Assembly (NCBI GenBank): GCA_016713175.1 | Contig: JADJPQ010000029.1 | Coordinates: 23,703-87,702 of the forward strand | DNA from: Planctomycetota bacterium | GTDB taxonomy: Bacteria; Planctomycetota; UBA1135; UBA2386 | Reading direction: 5' to 3' | DNA: 64,000 bases | In this document: positions 27,659 to 36,297 of the stretch, in pieces | Layout of the letters: every line of letters begins with the position of its first letter | How positions within the stretch are numbered: position 1 is the stretch's first letter | Made by a program: the position numbers and the translations under genes | Notes under the pieces: model-generated | Database searches by the model: none | The model's input: the letters and a program-made list of their open reading frames with translations, nothing else | What the model was told of the DNA's origin: nothing

Positions 27659-29020
27659 ATGCCTTCCGGTCCTTCCCGCCGCGATTTCCTCGTGGGCGCC
27701 GCCGGCGCCGCCTCCCTCGCCTCGCTGCCCGGCCGCGCGCCGGCCGCGTTCAAGCACCGTTCCCCGAACGCTCGCCTGCGGATCGCGCAGATCGGCTGCG
27801 GCGGCAAGGGCCTGTCCGACATGCAGGCCTGCGCCCAGAACCACGACATCGTCGCGCTCTGCGACGTCGACGACGGCAAGGCGGCGAATGCGCGCAACGA
27901 ACAGGCGAAGGCGACCTTCTACCATGATTGGCGCGACCTGCTCGATCGCGAGAAGCTCGACGCGGTGGTGATCTCGACCCCTGATCACATGCACGCCATT
28001 CCGGCGTTGTGCGCGATGCAGCTCGGCTTGCACGTGTTCGTGCAGAAGCCGCTGGTGCACACGGTCGAGGAAGCGCGCGCACTGTTGGCGGCCAGCAAGA
28101 AGTTCAAGGTCGTCACCTCGATGGGCAACCAGGGCACCTGCCTGCCCGGATTCCGCGAGGCCGCCGAGGTCGTCCGCAGCGGCGCGATCGGCCAGGTCAC
28201 CGAGGTGCATGTGTGGACCGACCGGCCGGAGAATGGCAAGGTGTCGTTCTGGTCACAGGGCATCGAGCGTCCCAAGCACATCGACGCGATCCCGGCGACC
28301 TTCCGCTGGGACCTGTGGCTTGGCGCCGCCGCCTACCGGCCGTTCGCTGGCCCGCGCAAGGACACGCCGTTCCGCGGCTATGCGCCGTTCCACTGGCGCG
28401 GCTTCTGGGACTTCGGCACCGGCGCGATCGGCGACATGGCCTGCCACGTCGCCAACCTGCCGTACTTCGCGCTCGAACTCGGCTCGCCTGAATGGGTCGA
28501 AGCCGAGTCGTCGGGCGTCAACGACGAGACCGGGCCCAAGCAGTCGACGATCCGCTGCCAGTTCCCGGCCAACGGCAAGCGCGGGAAGGTCCTGTTCACC
28601 TGGTACGACGGTGGCCGGGTCCCGCCGCAGGATCTGCTGCCCGGCGTCGTCTGGCGCGGCGGTGGTTTCCTGCTGAAGGGCACCGAGGGCACGCTGTACT
28701 CGCCGACCGACTACGGCGAGAGCTACGATCTCTACCCGAAGGAGAAGTTCGCCGACTACAAGAAGCCGGATCCGACGTTGCCGCGCGTCGACGGCATCCA
28801 CGCCGAATGGCTCGATTGCATCGCGACGGGCAAGCAGCCGATGGCGAGCTTCGACTACGCGGCGCCGTTCACCGAAGCGATGCTGCTCGGCAATGTCGCG
28901 CTGCGGGTCGGCAAGCGGATTGCCTGGGATCCGGCCGCGATGCGTTGCCCGGGCACTCCCGAGGCCGATCGGTTCCTGCGCAAGGAGTACCGGCGCGAAT
29001 TCCAGTTGCCGCGAGTCTGA
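27659..29020 (+). CDS. Gfo/Idh/MocA-family oxidoreductase with twin-arginine signal
   Basis: SRRDFLVGAAGAASLA (TAT motif). Rossmann motif RIAQIGCGGKG. DAVVISTPDHMH. Confidence 0.85.
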   Translation: MPSGPSRRDFLVGAAGAASLASLPGRAPAAFKHRSPNARLRIAQIGCGGKGLSDMQACAQNHDIVALCDVDDGKAANARNEQAKATFYHDWRDLLDREKLDAVVISTPDHMHAIPALCAMQLGLHVFVQKPLVHTVEEARALLAASKKFKVVTSMGNQGTCLPGFREAAEVVRSGAIGQVTEVHVWTDRPENGKVSFWSQGIERPKHIDAIPATFRWDLWLGAAAYRPFAGPRKDTPFRGYAPFHWRGFWDFGTGAIGDMACHVANLPYFALELGSPEWVEAESSGVNDETGPKQSTIRCQFPANGKRGKVLFTWYDGGRVPPQDLLPGVVWRGGGFLLKGTEGTLYSPTDYGESYDLYPKEKFADYKKPDPTLPRVDGIHAEWLDCIATGKQPMASFDYAAPFTEAMLLGNVALRVGKRIAWDPAAMRCPGTPEADRFLRKEYRREFQLPRV

Positions 29021-29062
29021 GGGTCTGCCGGCAGGACGGTTGCCGGAGGCGCGCCCGTTGGA

Positions 29063-30094
29063 CTACGTGCGCGCACGCCGGCCGAATACTTCGGCGATCG
29101 AACCGGCTTCGAGCACGGCGATCGCCCAACGGTCGATGTCGGCCGCCGAAGCCTGCTCGACGCGCGTCTTGATCCGTGCAGGCACGACGCCAAAGCGCGC
29201 GCGCAGCAGACGGAGCAGCAATTCGGCGCGGCCGAGGGCCTTGCCTTTCGCCGTACCACGGGCTTCGCCACGCGCTTCGCCACGCGCTTCGCCACGCGCT
29301 TCGCCGCGCGCCTCACCCTTTGCCAACAGCTTCTGTGCAGTACTCATGATCGAACACTCCCGTCGCCGCAACACCGTCTCGAACGCCCGCAGCAACCGCG
29401 CAGGGGTCACTTCGGTCGTCCGCAGGAAGTAAGAGCATAGCCGCTCGATCGCCGCCCGGCCGCCTGTACCATTGTCGACTGCACGGATCAGGTCGCCCCA
29501 ACGGTGCACCGCCGCCAGCGCCTGCCGCGCCGAATACGTCCGCAGGAATCGAAGGCACAGCAGCACCAGCTTCGCGAGTGCGGTCATGACCCTGCGCCGC
29601 AGCGCCTCCTCGGTCACCCGGCTCAGATCGTCCACCGGCAGTCCCAGTCCGGGCAGCCAGCGGAGCAAAGCGGCGATCGCCTGGGGCGGCACCTCGAGCA
29701 GGCGCAACAGTTGCCTGCCACCAGGAAAAGGCGTCGGCGCATGCCAGAGCAAGATTGGAATCCAGCCAATCGGCGAGTCGTCGGCAACGCGAACATCCTC
29801 GGACAGATGCCGGACGTAGCGCTCGATCTGCCGACGCACTCTCGGGTCGCGATAGCTCTTGTGTTCGGGACAGAGCCCGACCCGTAGCCTGCAACCACGG
29901 ACCCGGATCGCGAACGCCAGGTCCAACCGGTGCACCCGCAAACGCCGATCGACGACAGCATCCTGGAGCGAGACCAGGGTCCGCCAGTCGAGCACCGCAA
30001 CCAGTTCCTTTGGCAGTACGGAACGAAGCCAGCCCGCGGCGTGCCGCGGCGCCGAGAATGTGCTTTGGAACAGGTGATCGTGGTGATTGCCCAT
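29063..30094 (-). CDS. Rpn-family (YhgA-like, PD-(D/E)XK) recombination-promoting nuclease / putative transposase
   Basis: N-terminus HHDHLFQSTFSAPRHAAGWLRSVLP matches the Rpn consensus start. C-terminal DUF4351-like tail LLLRLLRARFG...D. ATG at 30094. Confidence 0.7.
   Translation of the reverse strand: MGNHHDHLFQSTFSAPRHAAGWLRSVLPKELVAVLDWRTLVSLQDAVVDRRLRVHRLDLAFAIRVRGCRLRVGLCPEHKSYRDPRVRRQIERYVRHLSEDVRVADDSPIGWIPILLWHAPTPFPGGRQLLRLLEVPPQAIAALLRWLPGLGLPVDDLSRVTEEALRRRVMTALAKLVLLCLRFLRTYSARQALAAVHRWGDLIRAVDNGTGGRAAIERLCSYFLRTTEVTPARLLRAFETVLRRRECSIMSTAQKLLAKGEARGEARGEARGEARGEARGTAKGKALGRAELLLRLLRARFGVVPARIKTRVEQASAADIDRWAIAVLEAGSIAEVFGRRART
29258..29317 (-). repeat. In-frame 12-bp tandem repeat x5 encoding (GEAR)5 inside the Rpn gene
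   Basis: The plus strand reads CTTCGCCACGCG three times perfectly (29263-29298), with degenerate flanking units. Translation is GEARGEARGEARGEARGEAR. Confidence 0.85.
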
Positions 30095-30173
30095 GGGTCC
30101 TCCTCTCTCCAAGAGGGGGGACGGGGGCAGACACCGAGCGGAATTCCAGCGCCGCGAAGGCGCCGGGACCGTG

Positions 30174-32003
30174 TCAGAACCAGTCGGCGAGCGTGACCCG
30201 GCGCTCGGCACCACCGCCGATCCGAATCGTGACGACCGTGCCCGCCGCCGCCTCCCTCACGGCCTGAAACCGTTGGCGGAAGCTGCGCACGTCGACGGCG
30301 ACACCGTCGATCGCGGTGATCCGGTCGCCGGCACGCAGGCCAGCCTCGGCTGCCGGGCTGCCGGCACCGACGTGCTCCAGCACCACGGCACCGTCCTGTT
30401 CGACCGGCGTGAGCCCAAGTCGATCGGCCCGGAACGACCGCGTCACCGCGTCGGCAGCCGGCACCAGCAACAGGCGCTTGCCGGCATGGTCGAACGTCAC
30501 CACGAACCGGCTCAGCAGTCCGGCACCCAGCGTGCCGTCACTGGTGGCCGACGCCATCGCGCCGCGCGGATCGGTCGCCAGCGACACCGGCACCGCGGCG
30601 AACTGCACGCCGGCGAACGTCACGGCGTGCGCCCGCGCCTGCTTGGCGAGCACGAACCCGCCGACGCCGGAGACGGTCCGTTCGCCCAGCCGCTCCCAGC
30701 GTTGCAGCAGCCCGTTCTCCCGCACGTACGGCAGATGGAACATCACCGTGTCGCCGGAGCCGGTGTCGACCATGCACCAGCACGGCGGCAGATCCTCGAG
30801 CTGCAGCTGCACCATCACGTGTCCGTCGTCCAACGGCCGAAGCGGCAGTTCGTGGGCACCCGCGGGCGGCACGAAGTTGTCCGGCTCGTGCAGCACCAGG
30901 CGGCTCTGCGCGTAGTCGACGGTGACTGGTCGGGCATGGAACAGCTCCTTGCCGAGGATCACCGGCATCCGTCGGCCGATCTTGCGATGCACCTCGCCGA
31001 GGTCGAGGATCGCGACCGTCAGCGGCGGCAGTTCGAGATCCCCCAGACGCAACGTCACCCCGCGGCACAACTGCACCGGGCGACCCTCGCCGCCGACACC
31101 GCGCGCGGTCACCTGCCCCTGTCCCTTCAGCCCGGCCGCCGCAGCCAGTTCCTGGTCGACGACGGTGATGCCAGCCCCGGAGTCGACGACGATGTCGGTG
31201 TCGACCTCGCCGATCCGACCGCGCGCGAACAGGTAGCGGCCCTCGTGCAGATCCAGGGGCACGACGACCGGCCCGGAGGTGCCCGCCACGGCCGGCGCCG
31301 CGACCGCCGGCCGCGCCAGCTCGGCGACCGGCAGCTCGGCGAGGGGGCGGATCGACTGCCAGCGGATCCGCTGCGTGTCGCCGCCGCGCACCTCCTGCGC
31401 GAACGAGATGCGCACGCCGCCCACCTGCCGCCAGTCGGCGAACCCGGTCTGCCGCCGCCGGCCGTCGAACTCCCGTTCGCTGCGATGGAGGGCCCCATCG
31501 CCGTCGATCCAGAGCTGCCGTTGCCCGCCCAGGTCGTCGGCCGGCAGCGCGATCACGTCGACCGCGACGCCGTCGATCTGGTCCGTGCGCACCCAGGTCG
31601 CCCTGCTGGCGGGCTCGCCCACGGCATGATCCAGGAACGCCAGCGCGAGGTCGCCGCGAAGGCGCGCGACGTCGGCTGCCGGCAGTCCCTCCAACTGCCC
31701 GCTCGCATTGCGCCGCCAGCCTCCGACCGCATCGATGCCTTCGCCGCCGGCGATCGTGCCGAGGTCGTACTGCTGGCGCACGTAGCCGTCGCGGTGCAGG
31801 GTCACGGTCAGACCACCGTGCAGACCGGAGGCCTCCAGTTCGCCGGTGAGCTGCAGGCCCTGGATCGCCTGCCACGCCGTCGCTCCCCCGCACCAGGCAA
31901 GGTGGCGCGCCAACACGGCGGCGGCCTGGTCGGAATCGGGCGACGTGCCTCGACAACCGGCAAGCCCCAGGACGACACAGAACAGGCTGCGGAATGCACT
32001 CAT
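30174..32003 (-). CDS. Lipoprotein with two retropepsin-like aspartic protease domains and a C-terminal PDZ domain
   Basis: Lipobox LGLAGC after the ATG at 32003. Two catalytic-type motifs, VVDSGAG and MVDTGSG. PDZ-like GSPAAEAGLRAGDRITAIDG. Confidence 0.75.
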   Translation of the reverse strand: MSAFRSLFCVVLGLAGCRGTSPDSDQAAAVLARHLAWCGGATAWQAIQGLQLTGELEASGLHGGLTVTLHRDGYVRQQYDLGTIAGGEGIDAVGGWRRNASGQLEGLPAADVARLRGDLALAFLDHAVGEPASRATWVRTDQIDGVAVDVIALPADDLGGQRQLWIDGDGALHRSEREFDGRRRQTGFADWRQVGGVRISFAQEVRGGDTQRIRWQSIRPLAELPVAELARPAVAAPAVAGTSGPVVVPLDLHEGRYLFARGRIGEVDTDIVVDSGAGITVVDQELAAAAGLKGQGQVTARGVGGEGRPVQLCRGVTLRLGDLELPPLTVAILDLGEVHRKIGRRMPVILGKELFHARPVTVDYAQSRLVLHEPDNFVPPAGAHELPLRPLDDGHVMVQLQLEDLPPCWCMVDTGSGDTVMFHLPYVRENGLLQRWERLGERTVSGVGGFVLAKQARAHAVTFAGVQFAAVPVSLATDPRGAMASATSDGTLGAGLLSRFVVTFDHAGKRLLLVPAADAVTRSFRADRLGLTPVEQDGAVVLEHVGAGSPAAEAGLRAGDRITAIDGVAVDVRSFRQRFQAVREAAAGTVVTIRIGGGAERRVTLADWF

Positions 32004-32851
32004 CTCGAAGTCCTCACGTCGGCGAGTCGTTGGCGCAGGGTCGAGAGACCCGGCAGTTCGCCGTGCAACACGGAAAGCGTCGCCAGCGAGCGACCACGCC
32101 GGCCGCGGAGCACGCCATTCGCCGCGGTCCGCTGGATCTCGTTCGCCAGATGGTTGTGGTGCATGCACGACAGGAAGTCGCTCGCCGACCAGACCGCCTG
32201 ATGCACGGTGCGCAGATCGGCCGACAGCAGCGCCAGCAGGTGCTCGCTGGCATCGACGACCACGCTGAGCTGTTGCCCGGGCCAGACCGTCAGCGCCGTC
32301 GAGGGGTCACGCATCCGGACGCACTCCACGCGCGGCAAGTCCACGTCCTCGTAGACCTTGACGACGACGCGTACGCCGCGACGGGCCGCCGCCCGCAGGT
32401 CGTCGCGCAGCGCCCGCAGCGGCGCCGGGAACACATCCGCCAGCGCCACGCGGGTCGCCGCCCGCAACAGTTCGCGGGCCCGCTGCAGCACCGCATCGGC
32501 GTCCTCGAGCCGCCAGACCCGGTCATCGGGCGCCCGGCCGCGCAGTGCGGCCAGCGCGGATCTCGCCGTCGCCGCATGACGCTCGAAGTCGCGGCGCCGG
32601 GACGTCAGCAGTTCGTCCACCGGCACCGCTCGGCAGCGGCGCGAACGCCCGTCGTCGACGACCACTGCACCCTTGCGCTGCAGACTGGCGACGGCCTTGT
32701 AGGTGTTGGCGACCGGCAGGTCGACCTGGCGCGCCAGCGCGTAGCCGGTGCAGTCGGGCTGCTGCAGCAACGCGCAGTAGACGACGGTCTCGGCGCCGGT
32801 GAAGCCCAGCTCGGCGAAGGCCTCGGTCAGTGCGGGGTCGGGTCGACGCAT
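32000..32851 (-). CDS. TrmB-family transcriptional regulator
   Basis: N-terminal winged helix LGFTGAETVVYCALLQQPDCTGYALARQVDLPVANTYKAVASLQRKGAV. Its stop forms an ATGA overlap with the protease gene start (32000-32003). Confidence 0.75.
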   Translation of the reverse strand: MRRPDPALTEAFAELGFTGAETVVYCALLQQPDCTGYALARQVDLPVANTYKAVASLQRKGAVVVDDGRSRRCRAVPVDELLTSRRRDFERHAATARSALAALRGRAPDDRVWRLEDADAVLQRARELLRAATRVALADVFPAPLRALRDDLRAAARRGVRVVVKVYEDVDLPRVECVRMRDPSTALTVWPGQQLSVVVDASEHLLALLSADLRTVHQAVWSASDFLSCMHHNHLANEIQRTAANGVLRGRRGRSLATLSVLHGELPGLSTLRQRLADVRTSR

Positions 32852-32876
32852 AGTAGCTATTACTACTACTAGTCAT
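32851..32876. promoter_or_regulatory. AT-rich inverted repeat at the trmB-like start (candidate operator/promoter)
   Basis: TAGTAG-CTATTA-CTACTA (32851-32868), followed by ACTAGT. This is the only strongly AT-rich stretch in the region and abuts the ATG at 32851. Confidence 0.4.
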
Positions 32877-32993
32877 GGTGGCCCGCGCGCCAGGACAACT
32901 GTCGCGGAACCTCGCCCGGACCCAGCGTCCGCCCCACTGGCCCTGCCGGCCCCGCGTGCTTGCGCGCAACCGCCGTCTGGCATAGCCTTGCAC

Positions 32994-33005
32994 TGCCAAT
33001 TGGCA
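32994..33005. promoter_or_regulatory. Perfect 12-bp palindrome TGCCAATTGGCA upstream of the antitoxin gene (candidate autoregulatory operator)
   Basis: Palindrome read directly from the sequence. It ends 11 nt before the ATG at 33017 and overlaps the AAGGAA ribosome-binding region. Confidence 0.45.
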
Positions 33006-33016
33006 AACCAAGGAAC

Positions 33017-33466
33017 ATGGCCCACCCCGCCTCCCGGCTCGACGACGACCGCCCCCCACACTGGTACGCCGCACTGATCGGCCTGCCGGCAACGCATCAC
33101 CTGGCGCTGGTCGAGAAGCTGCGCGCCGGCCTGCCGTTCAAGCATCTGCAGAAGTTCGCCGCGAGCATCGACCTGCCGTGGGCCCTCGTCTGCCCGCTGG
33201 TCGGCCTCAGCACCCGGACTTTGGAGCGTCGGCGCCGCACCGGCCGGCTCAGCACGGCCGAGTCCGACCGGCTGCTGGCAACGACGCGCGTGGTCGCCCT
33301 GGCGTTGCGGCTGTTCGGCGAACAGCGCGACCGTGCCCGCAGCTGGCTGTTGGCGCCACAACGGGCCCTTGGCGACGCCACGCCACTCGAACTCGCCGCC
33401 ACCGACTTCGGGGCACGCGAGGTCGAAGCACTGATCGGCCGGCTGGAACACGGCGTGTTCGCGTGA
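33017..33466 (+). CDS. Xre-like antitoxin with an MbcA/ParS (DUF2384) toxin-binding domain
   Basis: C-terminus WLLAPQRALGDATPLELAATDFGAREVEALIGRLEHGVFA. ATG at 33017 is preceded by AAGGAA. Confidence 0.8.
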   Translation: MAHPASRLDDDRPPHWYAALIGLPATHHLALVEKLRAGLPFKHLQKFAASIDLPWALVCPLVGLSTRTLERRRRTGRLSTAESDRLLATTRVVALALRLFGEQRDRARSWLLAPQRALGDATPLELAATDFGAREVEALIGRLEHGVFA

Positions 33467-33954
33467 GCCGGCCGCCGCTGCCCGAACACTCGATCACCGC
33501 CTGGCGGATCACCAAAGCCCGCTGTCGCGAACAGGCGTTCGATGGCGAAGGTGCGCGGCGCTTTGGCGGTCGCTGGAACACCGCCGGCACGCGGATGATC
33601 TACACTGCCCAGTCGCGCTCGCTCGCGATCCTGGAACTGCTGGCCCATCTCGGCGACCCCCGGACGTTGAGCGAGAACTACGTGCTGATCGACGTCACCT
33701 TCGCCACGTCAATGGCGACCTGGACCGACACCGCCGACCTGCCGGCTGACTGGCACCGTTCGCCGCCGCCGCCGGCCGTGCCACTGTTCGGCGATCGTTG
33801 GGCCCGGCAACGGCGTTCGGTCGCGCTGCTGGTGCCGAGCGCCGTCTGTCCGGGCGAGCACAACTGGCTGCTGAACCCCGACCATCCGCAGTTCGCGCAG
33901 GTTGTCCGCGGCAAGCCCCAGGGGCTGGATCTCGACCCGCGACTGTTGCGCTGA
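33463..33954 (+). CDS. RES-domain toxin (MbcT/ParT family)
   Basis: ARRFGGRWNTAG (Arg), LAILELL (Glu) and LLVPSAV (Ser) are in the RES order. GTG at 33463 forms a GTGA overlap with the antitoxin stop. Confidence 0.85.
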   Translation: MSRPPLPEHSITAWRITKARCREQAFDGEGARRFGGRWNTAGTRMIYTAQSRSLAILELLAHLGDPRTLSENYVLIDVTFATSMATWTDTADLPADWHRSPPPPAVPLFGDRWARQRRSVALLVPSAVCPGEHNWLLNPDHPQFAQVVRGKPQGLDLDPRLLR

Positions 33955-34019
33955 CGCGTTTGCCATCAAGCCATCGCCGCGGAACTGCCGATGGCAACGC
34001 CGGAGTCGAGGTGCTCCGC

Positions 34020-35306
34020 ATGGCCGAAGTCGCACCGTTCCCGCTGCCTGTGCCCGAGATCCACGTCTGGGTCGCCTACCTGACCGCGCGCTGCAACTAC
34101 GCGTGCGACTACTGCATCCAGAAGCCGCAGATGATCCCGGGTCAGCGGCGCAAGCCGTGGGGCCGCTACCAGGAACTGACCGGCCGGCAATGGGTCGACG
34201 CGCTGAACGCGTTCCCGGTCCGCCCCGAGCATCCGCTGATCCTGACCGGGGGCGAGCCGTCGCTGCACCAGGACTTCGCCTTCATCGCCAGCCGGCTCGA
34301 GGGCTACACCCTCGACATGACGTCGAACCTGACGTTCGACATCGATGCACTGGCCAGGGAAATGCGCGCCCACGGCAAGCGCTTCGTCACCAGCTTCCAC
34401 ACCTACCATCCGAAGTTCGCCCGGCCCGAACAATGGCTCGAACAGGCCGAACGGTTGCGCGATTCGGGCATCGTCGACCAGCCGACGTTCTCGATGGTCA
34501 ACCTGCAGCGGTTCCCGCATTTCCGCGACGACGAGCACGACGCCAACCTGCGACGTCTGACCGAGCTCGCCGACCGCCGAGGGCTGCTGTACCAGTTCAA
34601 CGAGTTCCGCGGCACCCACATGGGCCTGCCGTACGAACGCAGCCAGAAACACGCGATCGACTGCACCAGCGCCTGGGTCAACATCGACCCCGAGGGCAAT
34701 GTCTTCAATTGCCAGTACCACCTGACCGAGCGCAAGCACGCGTTCGGCAACATCACGGCGATCGCGGCCTGCCGGCCGCTGCCGAAGATGGGCGAGTTCT
34801 TCGCCTGCCAGGACTTCGGCTACTGCGATCCGTGCCACGAGAACAGCGGCCACGGCGCGTTCCGCGATGGGCAGGGTCAGGTGTTCCGTCGCACGGCCAA
34901 TGATGCGCGCGTCTACCTGAAGTGGATGGAGCCGGCCGCGATCCGCGCGGTGGCACAGCGCTATGTCGTCCAGGGCAACGCCGACGAGGCCGAACACGCG
35001 CTGCTGGCCGCGATCGGCAAGGAACGCGATGCCGGCAGCGACGGCGCCGAGACCTGGGCCGACCTCGGCGTCACGCTGTACGACATCGGCAAGAAGCGGC
35101 AGAGCCTCGCGGCGCTGCTGCACGCGATCGACGGCGGCATCACGCGCACCGAGACCGTGGCCAGCGCGCTGCTGGTCGCGCGCGAACTCGGCCTCCTGGA
35201 TCACGCCAAGGCCACGATCCTACGGCACGTGCCGGCGCAGGTCCTGGCGCGGATCGAGGCCGCGGTCGCCGCCGTGCGCAGCGAGTCGCTGCCTGCGCGT
35301 TCGTGA
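34020..35306 (+). CDS. Radical SAM enzyme with a SPASM/twitch-like Cys region and a helical (TPR-like) C-terminal tail
   Basis: CNYACDYC (CxxxCxxC), LILTGGEPSL, then VNIDPEGNVFNCQYH...FGNI...FFACQDFGYCDPC. ATG at 34020. Confidence 0.75.
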   Translation: MAEVAPFPLPVPEIHVWVAYLTARCNYACDYCIQKPQMIPGQRRKPWGRYQELTGRQWVDALNAFPVRPEHPLILTGGEPSLHQDFAFIASRLEGYTLDMTSNLTFDIDALAREMRAHGKRFVTSFHTYHPKFARPEQWLEQAERLRDSGIVDQPTFSMVNLQRFPHFRDDEHDANLRRLTELADRRGLLYQFNEFRGTHMGLPYERSQKHAIDCTSAWVNIDPEGNVFNCQYHLTERKHAFGNITAIAACRPLPKMGEFFACQDFGYCDPCHENSGHGAFRDGQGQVFRRTANDARVYLKWMEPAAIRAVAQRYVVQGNADEAEHALLAAIGKERDAGSDGAETWADLGVTLYDIGKKRQSLAALLHAIDGGITRTETVASALLVARELGLLDHAKATILRHVPAQVLARIEAAVAAVRSESLPARS

Positions 35307-35307
35307 G

Positions 35308-36186
35308 ATGGACGTCCTCGTCGACTACCAGGGCAACTGGGGCCTCGGCGACCTGCTGTGCAGTGATCCGCTGATCCTCGGGCTGCAGGAACGGCACGGC
35401 CCGGACACCCGGGTGTTCGTGCGCGGCAAGTGCGGCAACGTGCTGCACAACCCGCTCGTGCAGGGACTGGCCCGCACCGGGCAGCGCTTCGACCGGATCG
35501 TCGAGGTCAAGCTGTTCACGCACATGGCCGGCGCCGACTACGCCCGCCTGGAAGCACTGCCGAGCCTGATCGGCCACATGTGCAGCTACGGCGAGGTCGC
35601 GCCGGGCGACCGCCGACCGCGTCTGCATCTGCAACCCGACGACCTGGCGATCCTGCGCACGCTGGCACTGCCGGCGCGACGGCCGCGGATCGCGATCTGT
35701 GCCGACTTCGTCGACCCGTTGCGGCACTGGCCGGTCGAACGCTGGCACCAGGTGGCCACGGTGCTGCACCAGGCCGGCGCGACCGTGATCGGGATCGGCA
35801 CCACCGAACGGCTGCCCCACGGCCTCGATCTGATCGGCAAGCTGTCGATCCGGCAGACGGCAGCGGTGCTGACGGCCTGCGACTTGTTCGTCGGCAACAA
35901 CTCCGGGCCGTTCCACTACGCCCAAGCCGCCGGATTGCCGTGCGTGGCGCTGTTCTCGCTGGCGACGCCGAGCCGATTCGTGCATCCGGGTGCGGTCGTG
36001 CACCCGGTGCAGGCGGACGGACTCCCGTGCCTGCACTGCATGACCCGGTGCTTTGCGGCAATGCAACGGACCGGCTGCATCGCGACGCCGCGCGGTCGCT
36101 GCATGCTCGACATTCCGGTGGAGCGTGTGCTCGAGGCCATCGACCTGGCCCTGACCGCCCTGCCAGCCTCCATGGCGCGGGGCTGA
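35308..36186 (+). CDS. Glycosyltransferase family 9 (heptosyltransferase-like) with a C-terminal Cys cluster
   Basis: GT9 C-terminal pattern LSIRQTAAVLTACDLFVGNNSGPFHYAQAAGLPCVALF. Cys cluster CLHCMTRCFAAMQRTGCIATPRGRC. The ATG lies 1 nt after the upstream stop. Confidence 0.75.
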   Translation: MDVLVDYQGNWGLGDLLCSDPLILGLQERHGPDTRVFVRGKCGNVLHNPLVQGLARTGQRFDRIVEVKLFTHMAGADYARLEALPSLIGHMCSYGEVAPGDRRPRLHLQPDDLAILRTLALPARRPRIAICADFVDPLRHWPVERWHQVATVLHQAGATVIGIGTTERLPHGLDLIGKLSIRQTAAVLTACDLFVGNNSGPFHYAQAAGLPCVALFSLATPSRFVHPGAVVHPVQADGLPCLHCMTRCFAAMQRTGCIATPRGRCMLDIPVERVLEAIDLALTALPASMARG

Positions 36187-36297
36187 CGCATTTCCGGCCC
36201 TCGCGGCAGAATTGCCCGTGCGCCGCCAGGGATCCCGTTCTTGCCTGGGTAGGCGCCGCCCCCTGCCGGGTGCCCAACACCGAGTTCCCCGAACACC

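Noticed and set aside
29258-29317. Tandem repeat as a possible CRISPR or non-coding minisatellite
   Set aside because: The units are 12 bp and contiguous with no spacers. They are in frame within the Rpn gene and encode (GEAR)5.
34020-35306. Radical SAM enzyme as a prokaryotic viperin-like antiviral gene
   Set aside because: CNYACDYC resembles the viperin cluster. However, the protein has a SPASM/twitch-like Cys region and a TPR-like tail, lacks a neighbouring nucleotide kinase, and is coupled to a GT9. I have no support for a viperin assignment.
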